Shown: piece after piece, positions 25,728 to 39,984 of the stretch
How positions within the stretch are numbered: the stretch's first letter is position 1
How the letters are laid out: every line of letters begins with the position of its first letter
Notes under the pieces: model-generated
What the model was told of the DNA's origin: nothing
Databases searched by the model: none
Seen by the model: the letters and a program-made list of their open reading frames with translations, nothing else
Position numbers and translations under genes: made by a program
Assembly: GCA_964016885.1 (NCBI GenBank)
Contig: OZ024740.1
Coordinates: forward strand, 178,498,001-178,562,000
Length of the DNA: 64,000 nt
DNA from: Eledone cirrhosa
Lineage: Eukaryota
Direction of reading: 5' to 3'

Positions 25728-25790
<63 letters not shown>

Positions 25791-27283
25791 TTGGAGAATT
25801 GTCTCATTCTTTGGTCTCACACACTCGACCAACTAAATAATTTCAAAAATTTAATTAACGGCATCAATAACCACACCCAATTCACAATGGAATACAGCCA
25901 AGATCAACTCCCATTTCTGGACATCTTAATCTTAAAAAAAGACACAAATATTGAAACTGACATACACTACAAACCAACAGATTACAAACAATACCTGCTA
26001 TTCACCTCCAACCATCCAAAGCACACGAAGACGAACATCCCTTTTAACCTAGCAAGACGAATTTGCACAATTGTCTCCAATTATGAAACGCGAAATAAAA
26101 GACTTCAAGAATTAAAGGAAATTCTACTCGAAAGACAGTACCAACCATTACTAATAAATAATGGAATAGAAAGGGCTAAAGCAATATGTATTGATGAATT
26201 TCGAAAACAGAAACAAATTCAAGGTACGTCCTATATTCTATCATATATCTCAACACACAACCCAAGAAATGCGGAAGCTTACAACACTATTCACAAGAAT
26301 ATTCCACTATTGAAACGACCCAAGAATGAAAAAAGCCCTTGAAACACACACAATAATCAAAAGCAAAAGACAACAGAAATCACTAAAACATTACTCACCA
26401 ATGCCAAATTATCTACCACAAACCCACAACCAACTGTCAAAAAATGTGGTCGCTCTAATTGTGGATCCTGCACTCACCTCGTTGAAGGCAACACGTATAC
26501 ATTTCAATCAGGACAAAACGTTGCTGTAAAAATTCACTTCACTTGCCCATCAAAAATTCTACTTTATGCCATTAAATGTAAAGGATGCAATGAAGATTAT
26601 ATAGGACAAACTAAACTCACACTCAGAAACAGAATGACAGTTCATAGCCAGCAATTACGAGATCCAACCACGAGACAGATACCACTAAGTGCACATCTAG
26701 ACATATGCGCAAGTAATAAGACACCCAAATTCCTAGTCTTCCCATTTTATCTTTGCGCTGACAATACAACAGAACAAATACGAATAAATAAGGAAAATAT
26801 GTTTATTCAAAATTATAGACCAGCATTAAATATAGTTTAATATACATTAACACAATAACATGCTAACCATCCAAACAGACACATACATACACACACACAT
26901 AACACATTCTACCTTAGAAAATAAAAACCAGAACTAAATAAACCTTAACATGCTAACCAAACACCCCACACACACATAACTCCCTATCCCATTTCTACTT
27001 ACGGAATCATTTTCCTACACACACACAAAATATATATATTCTCGCCATCTTAACATGCTAACCATACTCCCACACACACATACACACACATAACACCCAC
27101 ACACACAAATCCCTCCCCCATTTCTACTAATAGAATCACTTTCCTACACACACACACACAATATATATATATTCTCGCCATATTAACATGCTAACCATAC
27201 TCCCCCCCACACATACATAACACCCATACGCACACACACAACTCCCTCTTCCCTTTCTACTAATAGAATCATGTTCCTACACA

Positions 27284-27316
<33 letters not shown>

Positions 27317-27725
27317 GCATACACATAAACATACATATGTCTACTTTCTTTATTTCAATAGAAAGTCTGAATTCTGACACCCCAGCGCCCAAGCCATATT
27401 CACTGAACCAAAACAATTCTCCCCTTCCCATTTCTCTTGACCATTATCTTATGTTTGGCACAAATTTCTCCCAAAGGCTACAAAATAAATTCCCAAATAC
27501 GGGCGCTAAATTTAATGAACTTGTTCACGTGACAGTCATAATTTCATTTATAACCAATCAAAGTACATTTCAGCACATCAGTCATACTCAGAAAAACTCT
27601 CCCCATCCATTTTTTCTTGACCATTATCTTTTGTTTGGCACAACATTCTCTAAATAGCTATGAAAAAATTCCAAAATACGGGCACCAAATTTAATGCACT
27701 TGTTCACGTAACAATTATTATTTCA

Positions 27726-28782
27726 AATGGGAAAAAATGGTAAATAATTACACAAATGGGACCTGCCCCTTGTATAGGAGCAAATTTTGGAATAGAATAG
27801 AAAGAACTAGGAATAAGGCTAATAGAATAAACTCATGGTATGATAGCAATAAATACCAGAGTGTAATATTCATCGATACAACCCATAGAGGTGAATTAGC
27901 TTACACATTTAGAAGGGCCTTAGATAAACATAACCTCAATATTAAGATAGTAGAAAGACCAGGTACCTCCATAAAAACACTTATTAGCAATACATACCCT
28001 TTTCAAAGACCTCCCTGTATAGATAAGAAATGTATAATCTGTAAATTAAGCCCCCATATTAACTGAAAAACTAGAAATGTAGTATATAGTATAAGATGCA
28101 CTGAAGGACAATGTAGAGATAAAAATATAGTGTACATAGGTGAGACAGCTCGTAGTATAGGGGAACGGATAAATGAACACTGGCGAGACCTTCAAGATAG
28201 TAAAGAATGATCTGTACTCTACCAACATGCTAAAATAGAACATAAGGGTAAATTAGAGAACATAGAAATAAAAATAGAATCTACACACAGAAAAGACGCA
28301 ATGTTTAGACAAATCATAGTGGCAATAAACATAAATGAACTCCAACCAAAATTAAATAGAAAACATGAGTGGAACAGCAACATCATAACTTACAATTAAG
28401 GACAAAATGAAAACACACACGCACATAGAACAAACAACCAACCAGTAACATTTAAATAAACAAATGAATAAACGAATATAAACACACACAGACACCCAGA
28501 TGTAACACATGCGCAAACTAAGCACACACACAAAACAAGATGGCGAACAAAGGAGAGGCACAAAAACAAAGAAAAGAATCCACAGTCACTGAAGAGGTCA
28601 CAGAATGTGTGACGAAAGAAATTTGACAATATATAAACAATCATCTGGTTGTGGAACCAACCAACCAACCAACCAGAAATTTATAAATTCATAAATTCAT
28701 AAATGTATTATAATAAATTGAAGTGAAACACCTGGTGCGTGTGTTTCATATTGGCAACATGATCCTCCCAAAGTATAACAAT
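27726..28782 (+). mobile_element. PLE-A 3' fragment with a 16-bp target-site duplication
   Basis: AACAATTATTATTTCA at 27710-27725 and 28777-28792; HHR at 28585-28627. Confidence 0.88.
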
Positions 28783-29107
28783 TATTATTTCATTTATAAC
28801 CAATCAAATTAAATTTATAAAAAAAGGCTTCGTGAGCCACTTTTTTAAGTAAAAAGACATTCAAACACAAACTGGCGCGAAAGCTGATGTGCTTATTCTC
28901 GTGACTCCATCAACCAACCAAAAAACCCCCGTTGTTTAAAGAACTTTGTAACGCGAACTGGCGCGAAATTTGTTATACTTATTCACCAACCAATCAAATT
29001 ACTTCTCTAATCGTGGCATTTGGAGCCACTTTTTTCCATATGAAACAAGTAACATTCAAAGACCAAAGAGATGTGAGAAAAACCATAGACCCTCCATCTC
29101 AACTCTA

Positions 29108-29143
29108 CTTTTGAAAAGCAGAAGAACTGCGAAACTGGTAAAG
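29108..29143 (+). ncRNA. Minimal hammerhead with U3:A8 core
   Basis: CUU-UUGAAAA-GCAG aagaa CUGC-GAAA CUGG UA-AAG. Confidence 0.65.
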
Positions 29144-29219
29144 GAACCAAATAAATATATATATATGTTTTTAAAAAAAGACTCCAGTTGTATTTTCAAT
29201 TTTATCTTTTTTCCTTCCT

Positions 29220-29268
<49 letters not shown>

Positions 29269-29272
29269 TATA

Positions 29273-29340
<68 letters not shown>

Positions 29341-29343
<3 letters not shown>

Positions 29344-30013
29344 CGAAGAAAATGTGGTAAGGAACCAGATGGACCATAACGCACCAAAGTACTCAATACT
29401 TAGGGTAGTAGAGTGGGTAATAGGAACGAGTAGGACCCCGACGCCTGAGATCAAGCCGTTTCGACGGCTAATTCTGAACTAAATGAAAATTTTTATCCTG
29501 GTAAATGAATAGCCGAACTTCTCAGGGGGTAATTCCATATATGGTAAAAGTGATTGTCACAAGGATTGGTCAAAAGGGGAATAGTAACCAGAAATTGTGT
29601 TGTTTTTTATATTTTTAATATTTTTTATATTTTTCCATATATTTACTCCATATAGATTTACTTATTGTTTCGACTTCCTCCCCCCTCCCCTTCTTTAGTA
29701 TACTTTTTTCGACCTTCTATCCTTGGAATCTGCTGCCGTTGTCACTTTCAACGCTCGACTGGGTTTCCTCCAATCCCTCTTTCTCTTTCTTCTACTGGCA
29801 AGTTCAGCTACCCCTACCTTCCACAAAATGCCATGATAGAATCATGTGTCTCAACAACAAACTTTAGACCAATCCTTGTGACAATGTCTTTTACCATATG
29901 TAGAATTAACCCCTGAGAAGTTCGGGTATTCATTTACCAGGATAAAAATTTTCATTTAGTCCAGAATTAGCCGTCGAAACGGCTTGAGCTCAGCCGTCGG
30001 GGTCCTACTCGTT

Positions 30014-30017
<4 letters not shown>
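29341..30017. mobile_element. PLE-type pLTR family B, inverted pair in (TA)n
   Basis: 29341-29573 is inverted relative to 29576-30017; HHR-like motifs at 29435-29530 (-) and 29909-30003 (+). Confidence 0.75.
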
Positions 30018-30089
<72 letters not shown>

Positions 30090-30272
30090 AAATTTCTATT
30101 TAAATTGTTGTGATACAACAAGCAAATATTTTTATAACTGATATAAAGCACTCGACAAGTATTTGGAGTAAATATACGATATTAACAAATGGAAACTATA
30201 TTTATAAAACCATATCTATTTTATAATACATATTTCAAGGATACCATGTTAAATTATGGTATGCTTTCATCA

Positions 30273-31924
30273 GAGAAAATACAGATTAATTGCACCATCT
30301 AAATCTGACCTTGGCAGACTTAGCAAAAATATTCTAGACAGAATAATACCACAAATTAAGAATTTACCCAATTTATCTTATTTAAAATTATGGAAAGGAA
30401 CTAGTGAGGTTATCGACTGGTTTAAAGAAATTAAATATAACTATAATAATAAGTTTATTCAGTTGGATATTGCTAACTACTACTCATCTATCACTCCTAA
30501 TCTACTGAATAAGGCACTAACTTACGCATTTAAACATACAGACATAACTAGCAATGAAATGCACATTATATTATCGGCACGGAAAACATTAATAGAATTT
30601 AATAACCAACTCTGGACTAGGGCAGATAGAAATAATAATTTCGACATAACTATGGGATCTTCAGACTCAGCTCAGGTAACGGACCTCGTGGGCCTATTTA
30701 TAATTAATTCTCTACATAGAAAAATACCAGGTGTAACCGGAGGTTTATATCGTGACGACATGCTTTTACTTATAGAAAATAATAGCTGTGAACTAAATAG
30801 AAAAAAGAAAACAAATTATACAATTTTTTAATTACCTTAATCTAAAAGTAGAAAGAGAGAATAACCATAAAATAGTCATTTTTCTAGATGTAACACTAAA
30901 TCTTAATACATGTCTTCATTATCTATTTCACAAACTAAATGAGAACTTAAATTATGTCAATTTTAACTCTAATCTCCCCAGATCCGTTAAAAATACTATA
31001 GTGAACTCTGTACAAGAACGAATTTCGATAATTTCATCTAATAAGAATATATTTGATGAAAAAGCGCATTATTACAACGAAGCGTTAGGTAGAGCTGGGT
31101 ATAGAAATAAAATTAAATACATCGATAATAATAATAATATAAAAACTAACCAAAATAATAACAATTTTAACTATGGTAACAATTTTAACAACTATAATAG
31201 AAAACATTACAATCATTCCGAAACCGAAAGCCGAAAAAGAAATAGAACTAGGAACATAGTATGGTTCGCTCCTCCTTTCTCACTAAATATTAAAACCCCT
31301 ATTGCTAAACTATTCTTTAAAGTTCTTGACAAACGCTTCCCTAGAACACATAGATATTACTCAATTTTTAATAGACATACTATAAAATTAACTTACTCTT
31401 CCACCAAAAATTTAGCGCAAAATATTAATAGAATTAATAATAGAAATTTAAAACCTAACCAAAATACCAATAATAACCCAAACAATATTCAATCGAATAA
31501 TTGTAACTGTAGAAATAAATCCAACTGTCCGTTAAATAACAATTGCTTAGCTAAAAATGTAGTTTATAATTGTAATGTAAAAACTAATTTAAATTCATTT
31601 AATTATGTCGGATCTACCTCCACAGAGTTTAAATCCCGCTTCAATAATCATAAAAATTCTTTTACAGATCCAAACAAAAAATCTTCAACTTCGCTATCTA
31701 GCCTATTATGGGACCTAAAACGAGATAATATTGAATATTCGCTGATTTGGAATATTATTTCAGAAGCTACTCCTTTTAATTCCTCTTCAGAAAATTGCGA
31801 TCTTTGTATAGAGGAAATATTCTTTATATTAAAGACCAAAAATTCCCTGAATTTAAGGAATAATTTATTCAGTTGCTGCAGACATAGATTGAACTCAACG
31901 TTTAAATATAAATATAAATTTTAA
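30273..31924 (+). pseudogene. Naiad RT/GIY-YIG ORF remnant (frameshifted)
   Basis: ITMGSSDSAQVTDLVGL, GGLYRDD, CDLCIEE. Confidence 0.85.
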
Positions 31925-33409
31925 ATGTAGTATAATTAATTAAGTAATTTGGTTAATATATGAAACCTGTCGATAAATCATCAGATTCCTTCATCTTTTT
32001 CATTTTCTTTGGTTAAATACTCAAGTATAAATAAATATTCTTCCTAAATATAAATATAAATATAATAAACTATTCTAGAGAAATATATTGAGAGCTCTTG
32101 AAAGGAGAAAATATTTCCTATTTCTTATTTTTTATATTTTTTATATTTTTTATATTTTTTATATTTTATTTATTTTTTATTAGGTTTGCTTTTATTCTGA
32201 TAGCTTCTCATAATTTTCGAAAGTTTATCCTTTCAATATCTTGAGTAAAATATACGTAAAATATACTAAATCTATTAAACATATTATTTTAACTTAAAAT
32301 ATTCTATAATATTTTAAAATATTTTAATATTTTAATATTTTAGAATTCTTTTGTTTTTAAGTTATATTGATATAATTATATTTCCAAAATATAATCCTTT
32401 TGTATTGTATGTACTCAATTATACTATGTACTATATTGATGTATACTTATCTCTATACGTGTATGTATGTATATGTGTATATTAACATACATATACATCT
32501 GTTATATGCATTTTTATGAACATATGTCTGTCTGTATATATGCATGCGTGACGCGTATCTACCAATTCACTGAGGATGCACACGCATGTTTATATATGTA
32601 TATGTAAGAATTGTGTGTGTACATGTGTACCCATACAATTTGATTGCAGATAGACATAATTAACAACCATACATGTATGACAGCTAATCTTATATATTTA
32701 TATATATATATTAACATTTTTTATTTAATAACAAAAAGGATGTATAACATTAATAAAAAAAAATCATTTATGCTTTGTATGTATATATTATATACGGGGT
32801 TAGATATGATGTGTATTTTCTGAGTGTGTGTATATATATATTTATGTGTATTTTTGCGTGTGTGTACGTGTTATATGATATGTAATTTCTCTAGCAATAT
32901 ATAGATTTCTTAATGTTTAAATTCCAATTTTTAATATATTGATCTCAATTTTTAAACTAAATATCTAATCACAGTTAAACAATGATTAATTTCTCATATT
33001 ATATATGTATATTCCATTCATGAATATTAATATTTCTAATTTTATTTATTCATTTCATCTCAATTGTTAACTTAACTTAATATAACATGACTTAAGGTTT
33101 TCGTTCTATCCCCCTCTCTCTATCTCTATATTTCTCTCTCTCGATTTTTTTCTCTCTGTCTGGTGTTTTGATATCTCTCTCTCGTTTTTCTCTTTTTTTC
33201 TTTTTTTCTTGTTCTTTCTTTATTTCTCCCTTTCTCTCTCCGCTTTTCTCTCTCTCCGTTTTTTCTCCCTCTCCGTCTTTTTCCTTCTCCGTAACACAAC
33301 GACTTACTAATATAAGTAAACAAATTCACTATCCCTGATGTCTTCCAAAAGTAACGGTTGCATTTTGAAAGGGTATGTCAATATTTATTTATAAAACTGG
33401 TATATATTG

Positions 33410-33473
33410 TATTTTGTCTGATGAAAGCATACCATAATTTAACATGGTATCCTTGAAATATGTATAATAAAAT
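33410..33473 (+). ncRNA. Type-I hammerhead in the Naiad-2 pLTR
   Basis: UAUUUUGU-CUGAUGA-AAG.AUACCAU..AUGGUAU.CUU-GAAA UAUGUA UA-AUAAAAUA; inverted copy at about 30207-30280. Confidence 0.75.
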
Positions 33474-33515
33474 AGATATGGTTTTATAAATATAGTTTCC
33501 ATTTGTTAATATCGT

Positions 33516-33606
<91 letters not shown>

Positions 33607-33609
<3 letters not shown>

Positions 33610-34459
33610 GTTATACTTTGGGAGGGTGATGTTGCCAATAAGAAACACACGCACCAGTTGCTTTCACTTCAATTTATTATATATTTATAAATTTACAAAT
33701 TTATAAATTTCTGGTTGGTTGGTTGGTTCCACAACCAGATAGTTGTTTATATATAGTCATAGTTATTTCGTCACACACTCTGTGACCTCTTAAGTGACTG
33801 GGGATTCCTTTCTTTGTTTCTGTGCCTCTCCTTTGTTCTGTCCTACGCCATTTTGTTTCTGTGTGTGTGTTGTGTGCTCAGCCTGCGCATGCGCCACATC
33901 CGTGTCTCTGTGTGTGTTTATGTTCATTTATCTATTTGTTTATTTACATGTTACTGGTTGGTTGTTTGTTCTATGTGTGTGTGTGTTTTCATTTTGTCCT
34001 TAATTGTAAGTTTTGATGTTGCTGTTCCACTCATATTTTCTATTTAATTTTGGTTGTAATTCCTTTATGTTTATTGCCTCTGTAATTTGTCTAAACATTG
34101 CGTCTTTTCTGTGTGTAGATTCTATTTTTATTTCTATGTTCTCTAATTTACCCTTGTGTTCTATCTTAGCCTGTTGGTAGAGTACAGATGATTCTTTATT
34201 ATCTTGAAGGTCTCGCCAGTGTTCATTTATCCGTTCCCCTACACTACGAGCTGTCTCACCTATGTACACTATATTTTTGTCTCTACATTGTCCTTCAGTA
34301 CATCTTATGCTATACACTACATTTCTAGTTTTACAGTTAATATGGGGGCTTATTTTACAGGTTACACATTTCTTAAGAAATGTGTAATAAGCCCCCATAT
34401 TAACTGTAAAACTAGAAATGTAGTGTATAGCATAAGATATACTGAAGGACAATGTAGAG

Positions 34460-34465
<6 letters not shown>
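33607..34465 (-). mobile_element. PLE-A 3' fragment with a fold-back 5' inversion (34372-34465)
   Basis: GIY-YIG remnant at 34000-34372; HHR at 33755-33799 with mutated core. Confidence 0.85.
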
Positions 34466-34494
<29 letters not shown>

Positions 34495-34497
<3 letters not shown>

Positions 34498-34952
34498 AAG
34501 TTATATTTAAAATTGTTGGGTTACAACTAGTAAATATTTATAACTGATATAAAAGCACTCGACAAATACTTGGAGTATATTTACAATATTAAATAAATGG
34601 AAAACTATATTTATAAAACCATATCTATTTCATTATATATATTTCGGGGATATCATATTAACAATATGCTATGCCTTCATCAGACAAAATACAATATAAA
34701 CAGTTTTATAGATAAATATATTCGACATACCGTAATAAACATCAACTTCATTTGAAGAGGTTCACTCTAGCAGAGTGAACCTCTTCAAATGAAGTTGATG
34801 TTTATTACGGTATGTCGAATATATTTATCTATAAAACTGTTTATATTGTATTTTGTCTGATGAAGGCATAGCATATTGTTAATATGATATCCCCGAAATA
34901 TATATAATGAAATAGATATGGTTTTATAAATATAGTTTTCCATTTATTTAAT

Positions 34953-34958
<6 letters not shown>
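34495..34958. repeat. Naiad-2-related pLTR palindrome with 187-bp arms and a 3-nt loop
   Basis: 34582-34768 is the reverse complement of 34772-34958; each arm contains a CUGAUGA...GAAA HHR (about 34849-34914 on +). Confidence 0.85.
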
Positions 34959-34986
<28 letters not shown>

Positions 34987-34989
<3 letters not shown>

Positions 34990-36385
34990 CGAAGGAAATG
35001 TGGTAAGGAACCAGGTAGACCATAACGCACCAAAGTACTCAACACTTAGGGTAGTAGAGTGGGTAATAGGAACGAGTAGGACCCCGACGGCTGAGCTCAA
35101 GCCGTTTCGACGGCTAATTCTGGACTAAATGAACATTTTTATCCTGGTATAAGAATAGCCAAGCTTCTCAGGGGGTAATTCGATATATGGTAAAAGTGAT
35201 TGTCACAAGGATTGGTCAAAAGTTTGTTGTTGAGACACATAATTCTATCATGGCAATTTGTGGAATGAAGGGGCAGCAGAACCTGCCAGCAGAAGAAAGA
35301 GGGAGAGGAAGAGGGAGTGGAGGAAACCCAGTCGTGCCTTGATAGTGCCAACTACAGCAGGGCAGAAGGTCAAGCAAGTATACTAGGGAGGGGGAGGGGC
35401 ATGAAGTCGAAACAATAAGTAAATCAATATGGAGTAAATATATAGAAGAAATACCAAGAATGTTAAAAATATAAAAAAAACAATATCTGGTTACTATTCC
35501 CTAACGACAGTCATCAAGTCTCTCACTGGTACTGCTAAACTATAGAAAAGTTTACTAGGTGGGACGGAATTGTAATGAGACCATTTTAAGAGTTAGTAGT
35601 AATCAACTGAGTATAACTTACGGTGACAGGTCAACAAGTGGGGGGCCAAAATACTAAAGAAACTACCACGAAATAATAATTCAGAGTCCCGAAACTAATA
35701 CGAAATAAATGTTTCTACCCTAGGCACAAGGCCAGCAACCACCCAGTGAAAAAATAAACTAATACGAAATAATAATTCAGAATCCCGAAAATGAATACTA
35801 ATACTATCTCTAAGGGTGCCGCTACGATATACTCGGTTGATTACTACTAACTCTTAAAATGGTCTCATTACAATTCCGTCCCACCTAGTAAACTTTTCTA
35901 TAGTTTAGCAGTACCAGTGAGAGACTTGATGACTGTCGTTAGGGAATAGTAACCAGAAATTGTTTTTTTTTAATATTTTTAACATTCTTGGTATTCTTCT
36001 ATATTGATTTACTTATTGGTATTCTTCCATATTGATTTACTTATTGTTTCGACTTCCCCCCCTCCCTAGTATACTTGCTTGACCTCCTGGCCTGCTGTAG
36101 TTGGCACTATCAACGCACTACTGGGTTTCCTCCACTCCCATTCCTTCTCCCTCTTTCTTCTACCGGCAGGTACAGCTACCCTTTCCTTCCACAAATTGCC
36201 ATGATAAAATTATGTGTCTCAACAACAACATTTTGACCAATCCTTGTGACAATCACTTTTACCATATATCGAATTAGCCCCTGAGAAGCTCGGCTATTCA
36301 TATACCAGGATAAGAATGTTCATTTAGTCCAGAATTAGCCGTGGAAAAGGCTAGAGCTCAGCCGCCGGGGTCCTACTCGTTCCTA
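34987..36385. mobile_element. Family B pLTR, long inverted pair
   Basis: About 35065-35610 is the reverse complement of about 35833-36385; HHR-like motifs at 35081-35176 (-) and 36277-36371 (+). Confidence 0.8.
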
Positions 36386-36407
36386 TATATATATATATAT
36401 ATATATA

Positions 36408-36593
36408 TAACAAAGGAATTGTGGTAAGGAACCAGATGGACGATAACGCACCAGAGTACTCAATACTTAGGGTAGTAGAGTGGAAAATAGGAAAAAGTAT
36501 GACCCGACGGCAGAGCTCAAGCCGTTTCGACGGCTATTTCTAGACAGAAATAGCCGTCGAAACGACTTAAGCTCTGCCGCCGGGGTCATACTT

Positions 36594-36598
<5 letters not shown>
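36408..36598. mobile_element. Family B terminal fragments, inverted pair
   Basis: Same terminus (AAGGAAATGTGGTAAGGAACC); further fragments at 47192-47325, 51908-52060, 52563-52620 and 56710-56820, all in (TA)n. Confidence 0.75.
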
Positions 36599-36632
<34 letters not shown>

Positions 36633-36634
36633 TA

Positions 36635-36820
36635 ATAATAATTGTTTCTACTTTTGGCACAAGGCCAGCAATAATCTCAGTGTATTACTGGTACTTTATT
36701 TTATCGACCCCGTAAGGATGAAAGGCAAAGTTAACCTCGGCGGATTTGGACTCATAAATGGCCGTAACTCTTTGCTGCAAGGCATGGCGTCCGACTCTCT
36801 ACCGATACTGCCAGTCAATA
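36635..36820 (-). mobile_element. tRNA-derived SINE copy
   Basis: Reverse complement of the 4008 family. Confidence 0.8.
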
Positions 36821-36847
36821 ATAATAATATATATGTATATATGTATG

Positions 36848-37876
<1,029 letters not shown>

Positions 37877-38424
37877 TATATATATATATAGATACATCAT
37901 CTAGATAGATATTCTTAGGAGAGCTGGACAGCAGAAGTTATTCAGAGAAGGACACCACAAGACCAGCGTGTGTTTCGGTCCGTAAGTTCTTACACAGGTC
38001 ATGACCTCTGGGTGCTCTGTTGCTGACATTTACCCATTCGAATATTGGAGAATTATTCTATATTTAAGTCGTAGGAAGATTTTGTTGACAAGATCTAGCT
38101 AGAACACATCTCTGTTGCCTTTGCTTTCAAACTTATATTTACACGATTTATTGAGTTTAGAAAAATAACTTTGGTATTGACTGTAGCGATTAGTCGCCAG
38201 CAGCATAGCCGGCACCTCCACCAACACTACAAACCACGAGTCACTCTGAGTTACTTCTCCTGGCGTGCCTTAAAATACAAACACGATCATCACAAACGGC
38301 ATGGAATATGTTATGTACCTCCTCGACAAGATCTACCTTGAAATCCTTTTCGCTGTTTCTGGTAGTGCCTTTAGGGATTTGAGCCTCGTCTTCAAGGACA
38401 ATGAAAGTTGTTTCTTGATATATA

Positions 38425-38590
<166 letters not shown>

Positions 38591-38819
38591 TGTTTGTGTG
38601 TGTGTGTGTGTGAAAAAGAAGCGGTAAATACATCTTTACGATATATTATTTATAAATTTACCGGTTTCACAGTTGGATGATTTTCAATAGTTAAGTGAGA
38701 GGAAGAAATGTGTTGCCATGTCATTATATGTAACACATCGGATGAATTGATAAGTCGTTTCCGTTTTATGCAAAAATGTGGCACAGATTGTTTAAAGTCA
38801 ATTGATTTAGTTGTCGAAG

Positions 38820-39330
38820 ATCACGTGATTAGATATAGACAAAACAACCAAAAAACAACTAACCAGCATCAAGTGACCCAACACAAACACTATACCAAAG
38901 GTCAGAATGTGTGGTCGCCCTAATTGTGAAACTTGCAATAACTTTATTGAAGGCACATAATATACATTAAATTTCCCTCTTAAATTTTGGCCACGTTTTT
39001 CCCTTGTCCCGTTTATTGCATAAAAAATACGATTATCCGGTTTTGCATGTGAATGTATATTTTACCATTTTCCAGTCTCATCACTTGTCTAGCTGAATGT
39101 ATAACTAAATATCGTAACGTTATATTAAATTGAATATTTCTTTTGGTATTGTTGGTTAGCAAGATAAAGCATCTAAGTATGTGTGTATCCATTTCTTTGC
39201 GGTTTAGGTCAATTGTAAGAATATTCTTTTTGTAAATTAATAGAATGTCGTATAATGAAAGTTTCCTATCATTCATTTCCATTAACAATCTGATTATTAT
39301 TGATTGCTGTGAAATTCAGTATTAATGTAA
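38820..39330. pseudogene. Degenerate Neptune-type PLE fragments in opposite orientations
   Basis: CGRPNCETC on +; LSLYDILL..NTKRNIQFN on -, homologous to the 25791 ORF. Confidence 0.55.
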
Positions 39331-39561
39331 CTATTCAGTAGGATAGTTATAGTCAATTTCACGGAATTTAAAACTTAACCGTGTCGTTTTTATTATTGTT
39401 TTATGAAAACTTTACACGCAGACACACAAATATATAATATATGAATAGACGAAGAAGAAAAAGAAGAAGAGAAGAAGAAGAAGAAGAAGAAGAAGAAGAA
39501 GAAGAAGAAGAAGAAGAAGAAGAAGAAGAAGAAGAAGAAGAAGAAGAAGAAGAAGAAGAAG

Positions 39562-39787
39562 AAGGCGTTTGAGGTTCACCCTAGGGACACCATCAAGGCC
39601 ATATGTGGTAGATTCCGGAACCAGATCGAGGTTGTGGTGGGTGCTGAGGGTGGCTTCTTTGAGTGAATTTCCTCTTTTGATTGTTTTAATCATTATGGTA
39701 CTTTCTATTTTTCCAATACATTTATTTTTGGCTGAAATATTCACATTTTTACATTGAAAAAATTGTCAAATTTAGCCCGATCACCCT

Positions 39788-39789
<2 letters not shown>
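39562..39789 (+). mobile_element. Tc1/mariner-superfamily transposon 3' end
   Basis: KAFEVHPRDTIKAICGRFRNQIEVVVGAEGGFFE* transposase C-terminus; TIR-like ...CGATCACCCTG before (TA)n. Confidence 0.7.
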
Positions 39790-39853
<64 letters not shown>

Positions 39854-39885
39854 TCAATACGTACATACATGCACAAACACGCACA

Positions 39886-39984
<99 letters not shown>

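Larger units (their letters stand above)
25789..29220 (+). mobile_element. Neptune-type PLE, 5'-truncated, interrupted by a PLE-A insertion at 27726-28782
   Basis: LPFLDI..YKPTD..SNHP thumb, CGRSNCGSC knuckle, LLYAIKC..YIGQT GIY-YIG; the 3'UTR repeat continues across the insertion; HHR at 29108. Confidence 0.8.
30087..33520 (+). mobile_element. Naiad-clade PLE, 5'-truncated, with inverted 5' pLTR
   Basis: ORF pieces 30256-30831 (YRDD) and 31001-31924 (CNCRNKSNCPLNNNC, GIY-YIG); 30160-30280 is the reverse complement of about 33405-33520. Confidence 0.87.

Noticed and set aside
37936-37995. Hammerhead-like CAGAGAA-GGAC..GUCC-GUAA
   Set aside because: Three core mismatches and no clear stem I; at most a decayed motif
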